A DNA stretch of 64,000 bases from positions 62,001 to 126,000 of the IMG/VR virus record IMGVR_UViG_3300032088_001800. One strand, given 5' to 3'. A model generated the notes under the pieces. That model made no database searches. It was not told where the DNA came from and saw nothing but the letters and a program-made list of their open reading frames with translations. Shown piece by piece: positions 30,361 to 39,516 of the stretch (its first letter is position 1; each line of letters starts with the position of its first letter). A program made the translations under genes and the position numbers. Origin of the DNA: an uncultured virus (IMG/VR IMGVR_UViG_3300032088_001800). Taxonomy: Duplodnaviria; Heunggongvirae; Uroviricota; Caudoviricetes.

Positions 30361-33300
30361 TGGTTCGCAAGAAGAAGATTTCTACTACTTACGTAACGGT
30401 ACTGGTATAAGACTACAAACGCTTCAAGGACTAGACGGCGACCTAAGTCCAAACAATGACTTTGGCACTAAACGTCCAACAGCTGGTGCTGTTTGTTCGT
30501 TAGATCCAGGTTGGGGTCCAAATGATGAAGATGTTTGGATTATTTCAAGATCACCATATGTACAAAACTGTACAACATTTGGTAACGCAGCAGTTGGACA
30601 AAAAATTGACGGTGCGCTACACAATGGCGGTAACGACTCAATTGTTAGTAATGACTTTACACAAGTTATTAGTAACGGTATTGGTGCATGGATTACAAAC
30701 AACGGTAGAGCAGAGCTTGTGTCAGTGTTTACATATTATGCACACATTGGCTACCTTGCAGAAAACGGCGGCAGAATACGTGCTACTAACGGTAACAACT
30801 CATACGGGTCGTTTGGTTCTGTAGCAGAAGGCGTTGATCCTTTTGAAACACCAATTACAGGTATTGTTGATAACAAGTCACAATATAACGCAACTGTTGT
30901 TTCAGTAGAGAGTGATGCAGATAAACTGTTTAGCTTTGAATATTCGCATATGGGTAGTGACTATACTGTAGTTAACTATGATATATTTGGACCAGGTGAT
31001 GGCGAAGTTATTGAAGGTGACGAATTCCGTGACGATGGTGTGTTTAATGTTAGAATACTTGATTTAGATGATTCAAGTGGCGAACTAGGAGGTAGTGGTT
31101 ATGTAAACGTACAAAACACTGCACAGTCTGGTACTACAACATCACTTACACTTGCAGCTACAGACGGTAACATTTCGAGTGCTTATCCGGGTATGAAAGT
31201 ATTTGTTACAGGTGGTAATGGTGTTGGACAACATGCTATTGTTAAAGCATACAACTCAGGATCTAAACAAGCAGACGTTGTTAGAGAAACTGAAACAGTC
31301 TTAACAGCAGGTAGTTTTGTTACCAGTGATTTGTATAGAATTGATGAACTAGGTACAACAGACTTTACACTAATAAGTAGTTTAACAAATCCACAGCCAG
31401 GACAGATATTTTCAGCAACAGGTGCAGGCGCCGGCGACGGTAAAGCAACTAAGGTAGTTGATGGTTGGGATCATCATGTTAAAGGAACAACAATCGTTGC
31501 TCCAAACAGTAGTTCAACATATGTTATTGAACCACAAGCATTCTTTGATGCACCAACTGCTCCAAACGCAACAACAGCAGATAGAGCTCAATCAAGAACA
31601 TTTGAAGATACAGTTTATGCAGAAACTGCAAAACTTTATAGCGCAGTAGGAGTTACAACTTACAGTGGTACATTTGGAGCTGATGCTACATTTAATATTA
31701 CTAGAAACGGTAGCAAGTACTTTGTTGATATTGCTGGCGGCGGTAGAAACTACGCAAGATTAGAAACTATTACTCTTGCTGGTACAAGCATGGATGGTGC
31801 TACACCAGCAAACGATATTACAATTACAGTAACATCAGTTAACTCAGCAACAGGTGCAATAACAGGCATTGACTTTGCTGGCTTTGGTAGAGCAGGACAA
31901 TTTGTAAGTGTTACAGCAGGCGCTGAAGTACAATTAAGTGTCGACGGTACAACATGGACAGAAGTTACACTTCCAGGAGCAGCACCAACTGGTCAAGTAA
32001 GAATTGCAACTGGTCTTATATTTGATGGTAGTTCGTTACTACGTGATAGTGCTACAGTTATTGTTGCACAAACAAGTACTAATGCTAATAACATTTGGTA
32101 TGCTACAGACGATTTAACAAGTTGGACAAATACTACACTAACTGGTGCTACTATTAACCAACCAATTGATATTGCGTTTGGTAGTGGTAAGTTTATGGTT
32201 GTACATGCAGGTAGCGACAGTCACTTCTTTAGTGAAGATGGCGGCGTTAACTGGACAGAAAAAGCAAGCACACTTCCTGCAACAGGTTATGAATTAGTAA
32301 CTTATGGACAAGGTAAGTTTGTTGCAGTTGATAAAGTTACAGCAAATGTAGCGTATATTGATCAACTACAAGCAACACTATCAGGAACTTGGCAGATACA
32401 GACACTTCCAAATGCAGATAACTGGGCTGATATTGCTTATGGTAACAATAGATTTGTAATTGTAAGTAATAACAATAATAGAGGTGCATTAAGTGTAGAC
32501 GGCGGAGATACTTGGTCAGAGATTACACTACCATCAGGAGCGTACAGTAGTATTGCTTACGGTCAAGGTGTGTTTGGAGCTACTAGAACAGATAGTACTA
32601 ATGTTGCATATTCTGAGTTTGGTAACGAATGGCAAGAAATATCTGTTGGAGACAACAGTGGTCCAATAGCATTTGGTAATCCGCAACGTACAGGTGTGTT
32701 TAGTGTTAATGGAACTGGCGCAGGAACTACCCACAATTTACTTACAATTGGTTCAAGAGCTAGAGGTAGAGCTGGCGTAGCAAGTGAAAAAGTATTTGAA
32801 ATTAGACTAACAGATCCAGGTTCAAACTATTTAGGTGCAGAAGCTCCAGAAGCATACATATATGATCCAAACAACATTTATGATGTTGTAGTTGAAACAA
32901 GAGTTGGCAAAGGTGTTGTTGGACAACCTAGCTTTGCTAATAGAGGATCAGGATTTATTAGTGCAAGTGCAGAAGTTAATGCTGCAAGTTCAAATGGTGT
33001 TGCAGACTTCTTCCAAACAGGTACATTTGTTGCTGTAAGAAGACTTACTGAAAGACCAATTGCTGGTTCAAACGTTGTATTTGGTAGCTTACCAGACAAG
33101 ACATTTAAACTAGTTAATATTGTATCGTTTGTAGGCGATGAGCCAGGAACATATACAGCGTTCTTAAACTTATCACCACAGATGTCAGTAGTAGATGCTC
33201 CAGTAGATGGCGATAGTGTAACACTTAGAATACGTTACTCACAAGTACGTCTAACAGGACATGATTTCTTAGACATTGGTACAGGCGGATTTGAAACTAC

Positions 33301-33802
33301 TAATTATCCAGGACTTCCTACAATAGACCCGGATCAAACAACAGAAACAAGAGTTGGCGGCGGCGGACGGGTGTTCTTTACAACAACTGACCAAGACGGT
33401 AACTTTAGAGCAGGTGATTTGTTCAGTATTGAACAGTCAACTGGTATTGCAACGTTGAATGCTGATGCATTTAACATTGCTGGTCTCCAAGAACTTTCAC
33501 TAGGTGAAGTTACACTAGGCGGTGCTTCAGCAAGCATTAGCGAGTTCTCAACAGACCCATTCTTCACTGCTAACAGTGATACAGTTGTGCCAACTCAACG
33601 TGCGATTAAAGCGTACATTGAAGCACAAATTGGTGGCGGTGGTGCGTCACTTAACGTTAACAGTGTAACAGCTGGTGAGATTTTCATTGCAGGTAATACT
33701 ATTACAACCATCACTGACCCAGTGATAAATATACAAGCGAAGATGAATTTCCAAGGCGGGGTAGTTGGACTACCAATAGCATATAATTACTTCTTAAGAT
33801 AA
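27542..33802 (+). CDS. Giant tail protein; C-terminal half of the split paralog (five helical C-x-[RK]-D repeats, beta-helix, beta-propeller)
   Basis: Colinear with the later part of 19700 (GDELRST, SLDPGWGP, RSPY.Q, GHDFLDIGTG, TDQDGNFRAG); own SD GGAGGA. Confidence 0.75.
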   Translation: MATVFERVQSLGEIITDAVTAGVDTNVPPREIRNSLVKVATGTYTEVLPIRVPAETCIIGDELRSTNVQPRKATNATLTPRKDFRFSHHALNRLTEIIGDVVDGTSVTPTSGNNVTQFAQFPLGQPAERDSAEMLSKILIRNIDSSLQTQLGREIPASASTDGDFQKAADMISTNKEFIQQEVIAYIKDQYPNLDYSRTSCKKDVAFISDAVVYDLVYTGNWQSIQAGLAYYDGSTGNLQIDSEEKTATIAAYTHLKDVLKQIGRSTAVSPQYSTGGAAQFLGDGGSVAASTAIDGLVDDIITIINLGPDNAPTITYPNVAGVAAGLTGASTTLLTKYTDIKEGAIDFISKNFGSFRYNATTCRRDLGRILTDVALDVALGTNYNAVFNGISYTRPVNAYNLQTQRTETSGAIRFAKGQAGAALTDSTALSRSNAAFDEILDILDNSSIYTTGAVPGDGLADALSLPTGLSSADQTNAAAQLDANRVFIAADVNAYVAATYPSLTYDAAKCARDVGYILDALRYDILYGGNSASIRIAQSYFGSTGAAYPAGQITETAAAYTHMKSILDDIIEETSITPQTGNTETQNTAGTAGTGTESTTAQNNLQVTIDAITAGNTDSLPTTVFPDLATLGVSGTLQTEKAAIDTAQPTIILDTIQYINTTYSDFKYNQAKCMRDIGLILDAARYDWQLGSNFAGMVAAMSYLRRPSAKVRDEQKAASLASFKYAKEQAKLNVGGDATAIAGLETTFEWIDNVLFGGSNEGSNRQTDEFNVYAARRQLELNKEFIKEELTTKVNNFFKGTSSEIGAANIITISSTNWLHLGMEIKFDSILTGVPEIVEGQTYYVRTIVDGTHFTISEAYGGAELTLNQSTTGTMNILPVYEYNATLCKRDIDSYIDAIKEDMTWPANYRRDYTDSISCVYPGIYKTRYAARYYVNSVIGSQEEDFYYLRNGTGIRLQTLQGLDGDLSPNNDFGTKRPTAGAVCSLDPGWGPNDEDVWIISRSPYVQNCTTFGNAAVGQKIDGALHNGGNDSIVSNDFTQVISNGIGAWITNNGRAELVSVFTYYAHIGYLAENGGRIRATNGNNSYGSFGSVAEGVDPFETPITGIVDNKSQYNATVVSVESDADKLFSFEYSHMGSDYTVVNYDIFGPGDGEVIEGDEFRDDGVFNVRILDLDDSSGELGGSGYVNVQNTAQSGTTTSLTLAATDGNISSAYPGMKVFVTGGNGVGQHAIVKAYNSGSKQADVVRETETVLTAGSFVTSDLYRIDELGTTDFTLISSLTNPQPGQIFSATGAGAGDGKATKVVDGWDHHVKGTTIVAPNSSSTYVIEPQAFFDAPTAPNATTADRAQSRTFEDTVYAETAKLYSAVGVTTYSGTFGADATFNITRNGSKYFVDIAGGGRNYARLETITLAGTSMDGATPANDITITVTSVNSATGAITGIDFAGFGRAGQFVSVTAGAEVQLSVDGTTWTEVTLPGAAPTGQVRIATGLIFDGSSLLRDSATVIVAQTSTNANNIWYATDDLTSWTNTTLTGATINQPIDIAFGSGKFMVVHAGSDSHFFSEDGGVNWTEKASTLPATGYELVTYGQGKFVAVDKVTANVAYIDQLQATLSGTWQIQTLPNADNWADIAYGNNRFVIVSNNNNRGALSVDGGDTWSEITLPSGAYSSIAYGQGVFGATRTDSTNVAYSEFGNEWQEISVGDNSGPIAFGNPQRTGVFSVNGTGAGTTHNLLTIGSRARGRAGVASEKVFEIRLTDPGSNYLGAEAPEAYIYDPNNIYDVVVETRVGKGVVGQPSFANRGSGFISASAEVNAASSNGVADFFQTGTFVAVRRLTERPIAGSNVVFGSLPDKTFKLVNIVSFVGDEPGTYTAFLNLSPQMSVVDAPVDGDSVTLRIRYSQVRLTGHDFLDIGTGGFETTNYPGLPTIDPDQTTETRVGGGGRVFFTTTDQDGNFRAGDLFSIEQSTGIATLNADAFNIAGLQELSLGEVTLGGASASISEFSTDPFFTANSDTVVPTQRAIKAYIEAQIGGGGASLNVNSVTAGEIFIAGNTITTITDPVINIQAKMNFQGGVVGLPIAYNYFLR
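33725..33731 (+). promoter_or_regulatory. Possible late promoter ATAAATA inside the 3' end of the giant tail gene
   Basis: Consensus match 90 nt upstream of ATG 33822. Confidence 0.4.
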
Positions 33803-33821
33803 GAAAATGGAGACATAAAAA

Positions 33822-34142
33822 ATGGCAAACGGAAGATTAGGAGCAGCAGATCTTGCAGCAGGCGTAGACACAAGTGTTTATACTGTACCAGAAACAACTT
33901 TCTCAGTTGTTACTGTTGCTTTTTGTAATAGAAGCGCAAGTCCAAGAAACATTAGACTTGCAATGGCAACATCAGGAACACCAACAAATGCAGATTATTT
34001 AGAATATGATGTAGAATTGTTGGGTTACGGTGTTGTTGAGAGAACAGGTATTGTTGCAGATACAGGTAAACAAATTGTTGTCAGATCAGATGACGCTGAC
34101 GTTACTTGCATTGTAATGGGACTTGAAACAGCAACAGAATAA
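33822..34142 (+). CDS. Small virion protein
   Basis: T.VYTVP....VVTV.FCNR pattern; related to 10346 and 18968; GGAG RBS. Confidence 0.6.
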   Translation: MANGRLGAADLAAGVDTSVYTVPETTFSVVTVAFCNRSASPRNIRLAMATSGTPTNADYLEYDVELLGYGVVERTGIVADTGKQIVVRSDDADVTCIVMGLETATE

Positions 34143-34152
34143 GGACAGTAAC

Positions 34153-34494
34153 ATGGGTAGAAAAACACACCAAGGTGCAGTAGGCGCAGGAAAAGTTCAA
34201 AAATTTCCAAACGTTGATGCTTCTACAAGTGTAGCAGCAGATGTTAATAAAACATACTGGGTTGATACGAGTTCAGGAGGTTTAACATTAACACTTCCTT
34301 CAGTTCCAGCAAAAGGCGATGCTGTTCGAATTTTCGACGCAGGTTATACTTTTGATACAAACAACTTAACAGTTGCACGTAACGGACAACTAGTTATGGG
34401 ACTCGACGAAGATCTAACAGTTAATACTCAAGGCGCTGCATTTGATCTAGTATACTATAATCCCAGCCGCGGCTGGAGAATCTATACAACTTAA
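34153..34494 (+). CDS. Tail fibre module resembling T4 gp34 proximal repeats (start reassigned to ATG 34153)
   Basis: VDTSSGGLTLTLP..P..GD.VRIFD...TF.TNNLTVARNG...DL......F.LVY.....GW; AAGGA SD before 34153. Confidence 0.65.
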   Translation: MGRKTHQGAVGAGKVQKFPNVDASTSVAADVNKTYWVDTSSGGLTLTLPSVPAKGDAVRIFDAGYTFDTNNLTVARNGQLVMGLDEDLTVNTQGAAFDLVYYNPSRGWRIYTT

Positions 34495-34508
34495 GGAACG
34501 CAACTAAT

Positions 34509-35462
34509 ATGGCTTTATATTCAGCATTTAAAAAGATCGACTCGTTCGCTGTTGTAGACCTACAGATTCAAACTGTAGATATCGAAGCTGATACAGTACA
34601 ATCAGCTAAGATAGCTGACGGTGCTGTTACAGCAGCTAAGATTGCTTCAGGAGCAGTTACATCAGATAAATTGTCTGCTTCATTAGATCTTAGTTCAAAA
34701 ACAGTTACTTATAGACCAATTGTAAATAGTGACTTGTCTAGTAGTGCTGGTATAACAAGTGGTAAACTTGCAGGCGGAGCTGTTGTTGCTAACTTAGGTT
34801 ATACACCAGTAAACAAAAGTGGCGACACTATGACTGGTAGACTTAATACTACATCAGGTAGTGCAAGTTCGCCAGCTATTAGAGGTTCAAGTGACGGTAA
34901 CACAGGCATTTATTTTCCGAGTGGTGATAATATGCGCTTTAGTGTTAATGGCAATGATGCAATGCAAATTGATAGTAGTGCTAGAGTTAGATATCCTCAA
35001 AAGCCAGCTTTTGCTGCTGTAGGACGACCAGGATGGTTATATTCTAACTCATATGGCGGTACAGGTTATAGAGAACTAAATTCAATTATGAATTGGGAAG
35101 TAAGCCATCAGTATGGAGGTTCAAACTATAATACTAGTAACGGACGCTACACTGCTCCTGTAGCGGGCTGGTATCACTTCTCAACTATGTGGTATTTACT
35201 TAACAACTCTAACGGTACTAACAGTTACATACATGCATTTATTAGTAGAAACGGACAACAAGGTACAACACCAACAGGTAGAACACCTTATACAATAAAC
35301 ATGCACGGTAACAGAAATAACTACGACGACGGTGCAAACTATAATAGTGTATTGTATTTAAACTCTGGACAATATGTAAGTTTGTATGTTCGTTGGCATG
35401 CAAACGGCAACTCAAGACACCACGCAGGTCACCATATCTTTAGTGGACATTTGGTAGGATAA
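34509..35462 (+). CDS. Fibre protein with C-terminal C1q/TNF-like head (paralog 1)
   Basis: GAVTAAKIASGAVT repeats, LGYTPVNK.GD.M, PAF...NGRYTAPVAGWYHFS...YLNSGQYVS...FSGHLVG. Confidence 0.75.
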   Translation: MALYSAFKKIDSFAVVDLQIQTVDIEADTVQSAKIADGAVTAAKIASGAVTSDKLSASLDLSSKTVTYRPIVNSDLSSSAGITSGKLAGGAVVANLGYTPVNKSGDTMTGRLNTTSGSASSPAIRGSSDGNTGIYFPSGDNMRFSVNGNDAMQIDSSARVRYPQKPAFAAVGRPGWLYSNSYGGTGYRELNSIMNWEVSHQYGGSNYNTSNGRYTAPVAGWYHFSTMWYLLNNSNGTNSYIHAFISRNGQQGTTPTGRTPYTINMHGNRNNYDDGANYNSVLYLNSGQYVSLYVRWHANGNSRHHAGHHIFSGHLVG

Positions 35463-35466
35463 AGTA

Positions 35467-36393
35467 ATGGCAGTATATAATACATTTAAGAAAATTTCAA
35501 CAAGAGCTGTTATTGACGGTGAAGTTGAAAATGCAAAGTTAGCAGACGGCGCAGTTGGCACAACAGAACTTGCTAGTAGTGCAGCACAAACAGTTGAAAT
35601 TAATAATGGAGCAGTAACAACTGGTAAACTAGATTCAACTCTTGATATTAGTGGTAAAACTGTAGTATATAGAGCAATGGTTGATGGAGACTTTGCAAGT
35701 GGTGCTATTGCAGGATCAAAACTTGCAAGTTCTGCTTCTGTAGACAACTTAGGGTATACACCAGTTAATAAAGTTGGTGACACAATGTCCGGGCAAATTA
35801 TTTACGATAATGCTAACTATGTTGCTAGTTCGGGCGCTACAACAAGTGGACTTAGATTTAGTGCAGATAATATTGAAATAAGATCAGGCGGTAATTTAAA
35901 ATTCCAATTTGACGGAAGCGGTAGACCATTAGAAGCTGATAGACCAGCTTGGGTAGCTAGTGGTAACGGCGGCTGGAGATATGCAAACTCTTACGGAGGT
36001 CCAGGCGGTTGGAGAGAACTTGACAATATGAGTTACCAATATAGTACCAGCGGTGGCATTACAACAAGTAATAACAGCCGTGTTACAGCTCCTGTAGCAG
36101 GTTACTACTATGTGTATCTACAAAGTTATTTTTATAATAACAACAATAACTCCAATGGTTATACACACTGGAATATTAGTAAGAACAGCTCCATTGGCAC
36201 ATCAACAACAGGCCGAGTGCCTCACACAATTTTCTCACATGGTGTTAGAAACAACTATACTCCTGGTATTATGTGCGGAATCGTAACATATATGAATGCC
36301 GGACAATATGTTTCGCCACAACCATATTGGGGCGGCAACCAAGGTAGACACCACGGAGACCACACACAGTGGTGCGGATATTTGATAGGATAA
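35467..36393 (+). CDS. Fibre protein with C-terminal C1q/TNF-like head (paralog 2)
   Basis: Colinear with paralog 1; TAPVAGYYYV, YMNAGQYVS, GYLIG. Confidence 0.75.
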   Translation: MAVYNTFKKISTRAVIDGEVENAKLADGAVGTTELASSAAQTVEINNGAVTTGKLDSTLDISGKTVVYRAMVDGDFASGAIAGSKLASSASVDNLGYTPVNKVGDTMSGQIIYDNANYVASSGATTSGLRFSADNIEIRSGGNLKFQFDGSGRPLEADRPAWVASGNGGWRYANSYGGPGGWRELDNMSYQYSTSGGITTSNNSRVTAPVAGYYYVYLQSYFYNNNNNSNGYTHWNISKNSSIGTSTTGRVPHTIFSHGVRNNYTPGIMCGIVTYMNAGQYVSPQPYWGGNQGRHHGDHTQWCGYLIG

Positions 36394-36396
36394 AAC

Positions 36397-37332
36397 ATGG
36401 CATTATATGATACATTTAAAAAGATTGACGCACATGCACTTGTAGATGGAAGTTTACAATCAGAAGATATTGGTGCAGCACAAGTTACAGATACTAAAAT
36501 TGGATCCAATCAAGTTGGTACAGATCAATTAGGTGACGGTGCTGTTTCAGGAACACAGCTGGCTGGTAGCATTGATATATCAAGCAAAACAGTTACTTAT
36601 AGAACTGTTACAAACGCCGATATATCAGGAAGTGCAGCTATTGCAGGTTCAAAACTTGCAGGCGGCGCAGCAACCGGTAACTTAGGATATACTCCTATGA
36701 ACAAAGCTGGCGACCAAGTAACAAACCTAAGGTTATCAAACGGTTCAGCAGGCACAACATCATTAGGGCCAAGTGGAGATAACAATACGGGTATTAACTT
36801 TAGCGGTAATGATACTATATTGCTTACAGGTGGCCAAGAAGCTATGCGTACTAGAGGAAACAATGTTACTAGAGAACGTTCTCCAATGTTCCACTCAACA
36901 GGTACTAGTGGTTGGAGATATAATAATTCATACGGAGGCTATGGCTGGAGAGAATTAAACGGAAACTTTGGCTGGAGTTCATACCAACGTGGCGGTACTA
37001 ACTTCCAAAACGGTAATGGTAGATTTTATGCACCTGTTGCAGGATTTTATCAATTCCAATTCCAAACATATTGTCGTAACGACACAAACGCTACTTCTGG
37101 ATATGTACACTTCAGTTTTGGTAAAAACGGTAGTGTTGCTATGCACGGCGGTAGAGCACCACACGGTATTTGGAGACACGGCGGTAGAAACAACTATGCG
37201 CACGGATTGTATGCAGATCTAGGAACATATATGAATGCTGGTCAATATGTAAGCGTTTGGATATTCTGGCGTAACTCACAAACAAGATTCCACGGCGGTC
37301 ATAGTATCTTTAACGGATACCAAATTGCATAA
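36397..37332 (+). CDS. Fibre protein with C-terminal C1q/TNF-like head (paralog 3)
   Basis: Colinear with paralogs 1 and 2; GRFYAPVAGFYQF, YMNAGQYVS, FNGYQIA. Confidence 0.75.
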   Translation: MALYDTFKKIDAHALVDGSLQSEDIGAAQVTDTKIGSNQVGTDQLGDGAVSGTQLAGSIDISSKTVTYRTVTNADISGSAAIAGSKLAGGAATGNLGYTPMNKAGDQVTNLRLSNGSAGTTSLGPSGDNNTGINFSGNDTILLTGGQEAMRTRGNNVTRERSPMFHSTGTSGWRYNNSYGGYGWRELNGNFGWSSYQRGGTNFQNGNGRFYAPVAGFYQFQFQTYCRNDTNATSGYVHFSFGKNGSVAMHGGRAPHGIWRHGGRNNYAHGLYADLGTYMNAGQYVSVWIFWRNSQTRFHGGHSIFNGYQIA

Positions 37333-37335
37333 ATA
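37329..37335 (+). promoter_or_regulatory. Late promoter ATAAATA
   Basis: Overlaps the stop of 36397; followed by AAGGA SD. Confidence 0.6.
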
Positions 37336-37354
37336 CTTATAAGGACGATAAACA

Positions 37355-37597
37355 ATGAGAAACATTACTTTTGAAATAACAGATATGGAGTATAAGGTTC
37401 TAGCAAACCAAGCACTAGACCCAGAAGGTTGGGTAGAGAATGCTGTAGGTCATGTAGTAGAATTAGCCAAAGATGAAATGGTTAATCTCGAAATGGCTAG
37501 AATGTGGGAAGACCCTAATACAACACAAATGACAACTAATAGAGATGAAATTGTAGCAAACTACGGTGGATCTTTACTAGGTAACCCGAATAGCTAA
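37355..37597 (+). CDS. Small acidic protein, possible fibre chaperone; paralog of 37613
   Basis: ITFEITDMEYKVL....DP vs FTVQISDADYKAL....NP. Confidence 0.55.
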   Translation: MRNITFEITDMEYKVLANQALDPEGWVENAVGHVVELAKDEMVNLEMARMWEDPNTTQMTTNRDEIVANYGGSLLGNPNS

Positions 37598-37612
37598 TAG
37601 GAGAGAGATAAC

Positions 37613-37960
37613 ATGGCCCATTCATTTACAGTACAAATAAGTGATGCTGATTACAAAGCTCTTTGCTACGTAACAGATAACCCAAATCAATACTGTGACG
37701 ATAAAGTTACAGGATACATTCTAGAAATGGTAGACAGTGTTGCTGACGCATTGGTTAGAGAAGAATTTTCAAAACCAGGCACACGTAATATACCTGCTAC
37801 AAAAGAAGGTGTTATTCAAGCAGCTACACTAAAAACAGCAGCACAACACCAAGCAGATACAACAGCAAAAATGGAACGTATGATGATAGATCCAGATGAC
37901 ATTGATGAAGATGTTGATGGCACAGGTGCATCATCTATGTACATACCAGAAGGTATTTAA
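37613..37960 (+). CDS. Small acidic protein, possible fibre chaperone
   Basis: AGGAG SD; similar to 37355; stop overlaps the convergent halogenase stop (TTAA). Confidence 0.55.
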   Translation: MAHSFTVQISDADYKALCYVTDNPNQYCDDKVTGYILEMVDSVADALVREEFSKPGTRNIPATKEGVIQAATLKTAAQHQADTTAKMERMMIDPDDIDEDVDGTGASSMYIPEGI

Positions 37961-39516
37961 TATATAAATCGTTCTAAATAATTATAATGAGATAGGCTCT
38001 TATCACTAATACTTTGGTAGAGTCTATTTTTTTGACTTACAGTATTTTCCCAATTTTTTGATGTAACTAACGGACTTCCTGTAACAAAACTAGTCCAGTC
38101 AACACTCAACGGGTTATGTGAATAATAATGCATGCCTACTAGTATATCCGGCAATCCAGCACTATCATTAGATGTAGTATGATTTACAGTATAATTATGA
38201 GCAAGATCAATGCTTTCATCTGAATCAATACTTATATTTTCTGTAACATGTTTCCAATATTTTGTATCCTTACGGCTACTAGCAATGTAGTGGTATGCTA
38301 CAAATTCTTTAAATGTATCTAACATATTAGCACAAAAATAATTAAAGTTTTTTACTTGTAAACTTCCTACGTTATCATTGTACAGTGTCTCGCATAATGC
38401 AAGTAACATTTCCTGTGTACTAAGTAACCCAGTTGATTCTAACGGTTCAATAAACCCATATGCAAGTCCAACTCCAACAACATTGTTCTTCCAACAAACA
38501 TCGTGTCGTCCATTTTTGATTTTAACTAATCTAAAATTAAGTTCGTTAGGATTTTTTCCTAACTGTTGTATATATTGCTTGTATTCTATTAATGCATCAT
38601 CTTCGCTAATAAAGTCAGTACAAAATACATAGCCGCTGCCGGCTCTATGATATAAAGGTATATTCCAAATCCATCCATTATTATATGCAGTACAATTTGT
38701 TACATTTTCTATTTCAGCATCTTTATCATCATATGGTAAATGACAAGTCCAAGCTCTGTCATTAGGTAAATGGTCCTTAAAACTTGTAAACGGAACCTTC
38801 ATTGTTTGTTCAAGCAACAAACTTCTAAAGCCACTACAATCTACAAATAAATCTCCGTGTATAGTATGATTGTTACACTTTAAACAATGTATGTTGTTGT
38901 CATGCAATTCAACATCTTGTATAGTGTCTTGAATATAATTTACACCTTTTGGTATACATACCTTTTCTTTTAGAAATTCACCAAACGCTGCTGCATCCAT
39001 ATGATATGCTGCATCTTTGGTAAAGTTAAAGTTACCAACCTTTGTAGCTGGTATTTTATTATCGTATACAAATGGCATTATACTGTAAAAAGTGTCGTAG
39101 TAATCTTTAATGGGCAAGTCTTTATTGTATGCTTTTTTGATCATCCAATCGTCAATACCTCGACTGTTAGAAAAATCTTTATCACCAAACGGATAGTAAA
39201 ACGTTTCGCCTTTTTTGTAAAAATCAGTAAATTGTATTGCAAGTTTGTATGTAGCATTACAGTAAGGCATCCAGTCTTTGTCTTCTAATCCTAACAGATT
39301 AAAAAATAGATTAATACTACCTAATGTAGACTCTCCTACACCTACAGTTGGTATATCAGGAGACTCAATTAATGTAATGTGTTTATTTGGAAATCTAGTA
39401 CAAAGAATAGCGGCGGTCATCCATCCAGAACTACCGCCGCCAACTATTACTATATTATTCGGATTCGTCTTCAATTTCCTCAATGTCTCCGTTGTCTTCA
39501 ACTTCAACTGGTTCAA
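37957..39516 (-). CDS. Flavin-dependent (tryptophan halogenase family) halogenase B; true start possibly TTG 39474
   Basis: GGGSSGW FAD motif, TVGVGEST, ATYKLAI (catalytic Lys position), GWIWNIPL, GFIEPLESTG. Confidence 0.9.
   Translation of the reverse strand: MNQLKLKTTETLRKLKTNPNNIVIVGGGSSGWMTAAILCTRFPNKHITLIESPDIPTVGVGESTLGSINLFFNLLGLEDKDWMPYCNATYKLAIQFTDFYKKGETFYYPFGDKDFSNSRGIDDWMIKKAYNKDLPIKDYYDTFYSIMPFVYDNKIPATKVGNFNFTKDAAYHMDAAAFGEFLKEKVCIPKGVNYIQDTIQDVELHDNNIHCLKCNNHTIHGDLFVDCSGFRSLLLEQTMKVPFTSFKDHLPNDRAWTCHLPYDDKDAEIENVTNCTAYNNGWIWNIPLYHRAGSGYVFCTDFISEDDALIEYKQYIQQLGKNPNELNFRLVKIKNGRHDVCWKNNVVGVGLAYGFIEPLESTGLLSTQEMLLALCETLYNDNVGSLQVKNFNYFCANMLDTFKEFVAYHYIASSRKDTKYWKHVTENISIDSDESIDLAHNYTVNHTTSNDSAGLPDILVGMHYYSHNPLSVDWTSFVTGSPLVTSKNWENTVSQKNRLYQSISDKSLSHYNYLERFIY

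Noticed and set aside
34509..37332. Diversity-generating retroelement targeting the Asn-rich C1q heads
   Set aside because: No reverse transcriptase and no template/variable repeat pair differing only at adenines; paralogs diverge at all positions
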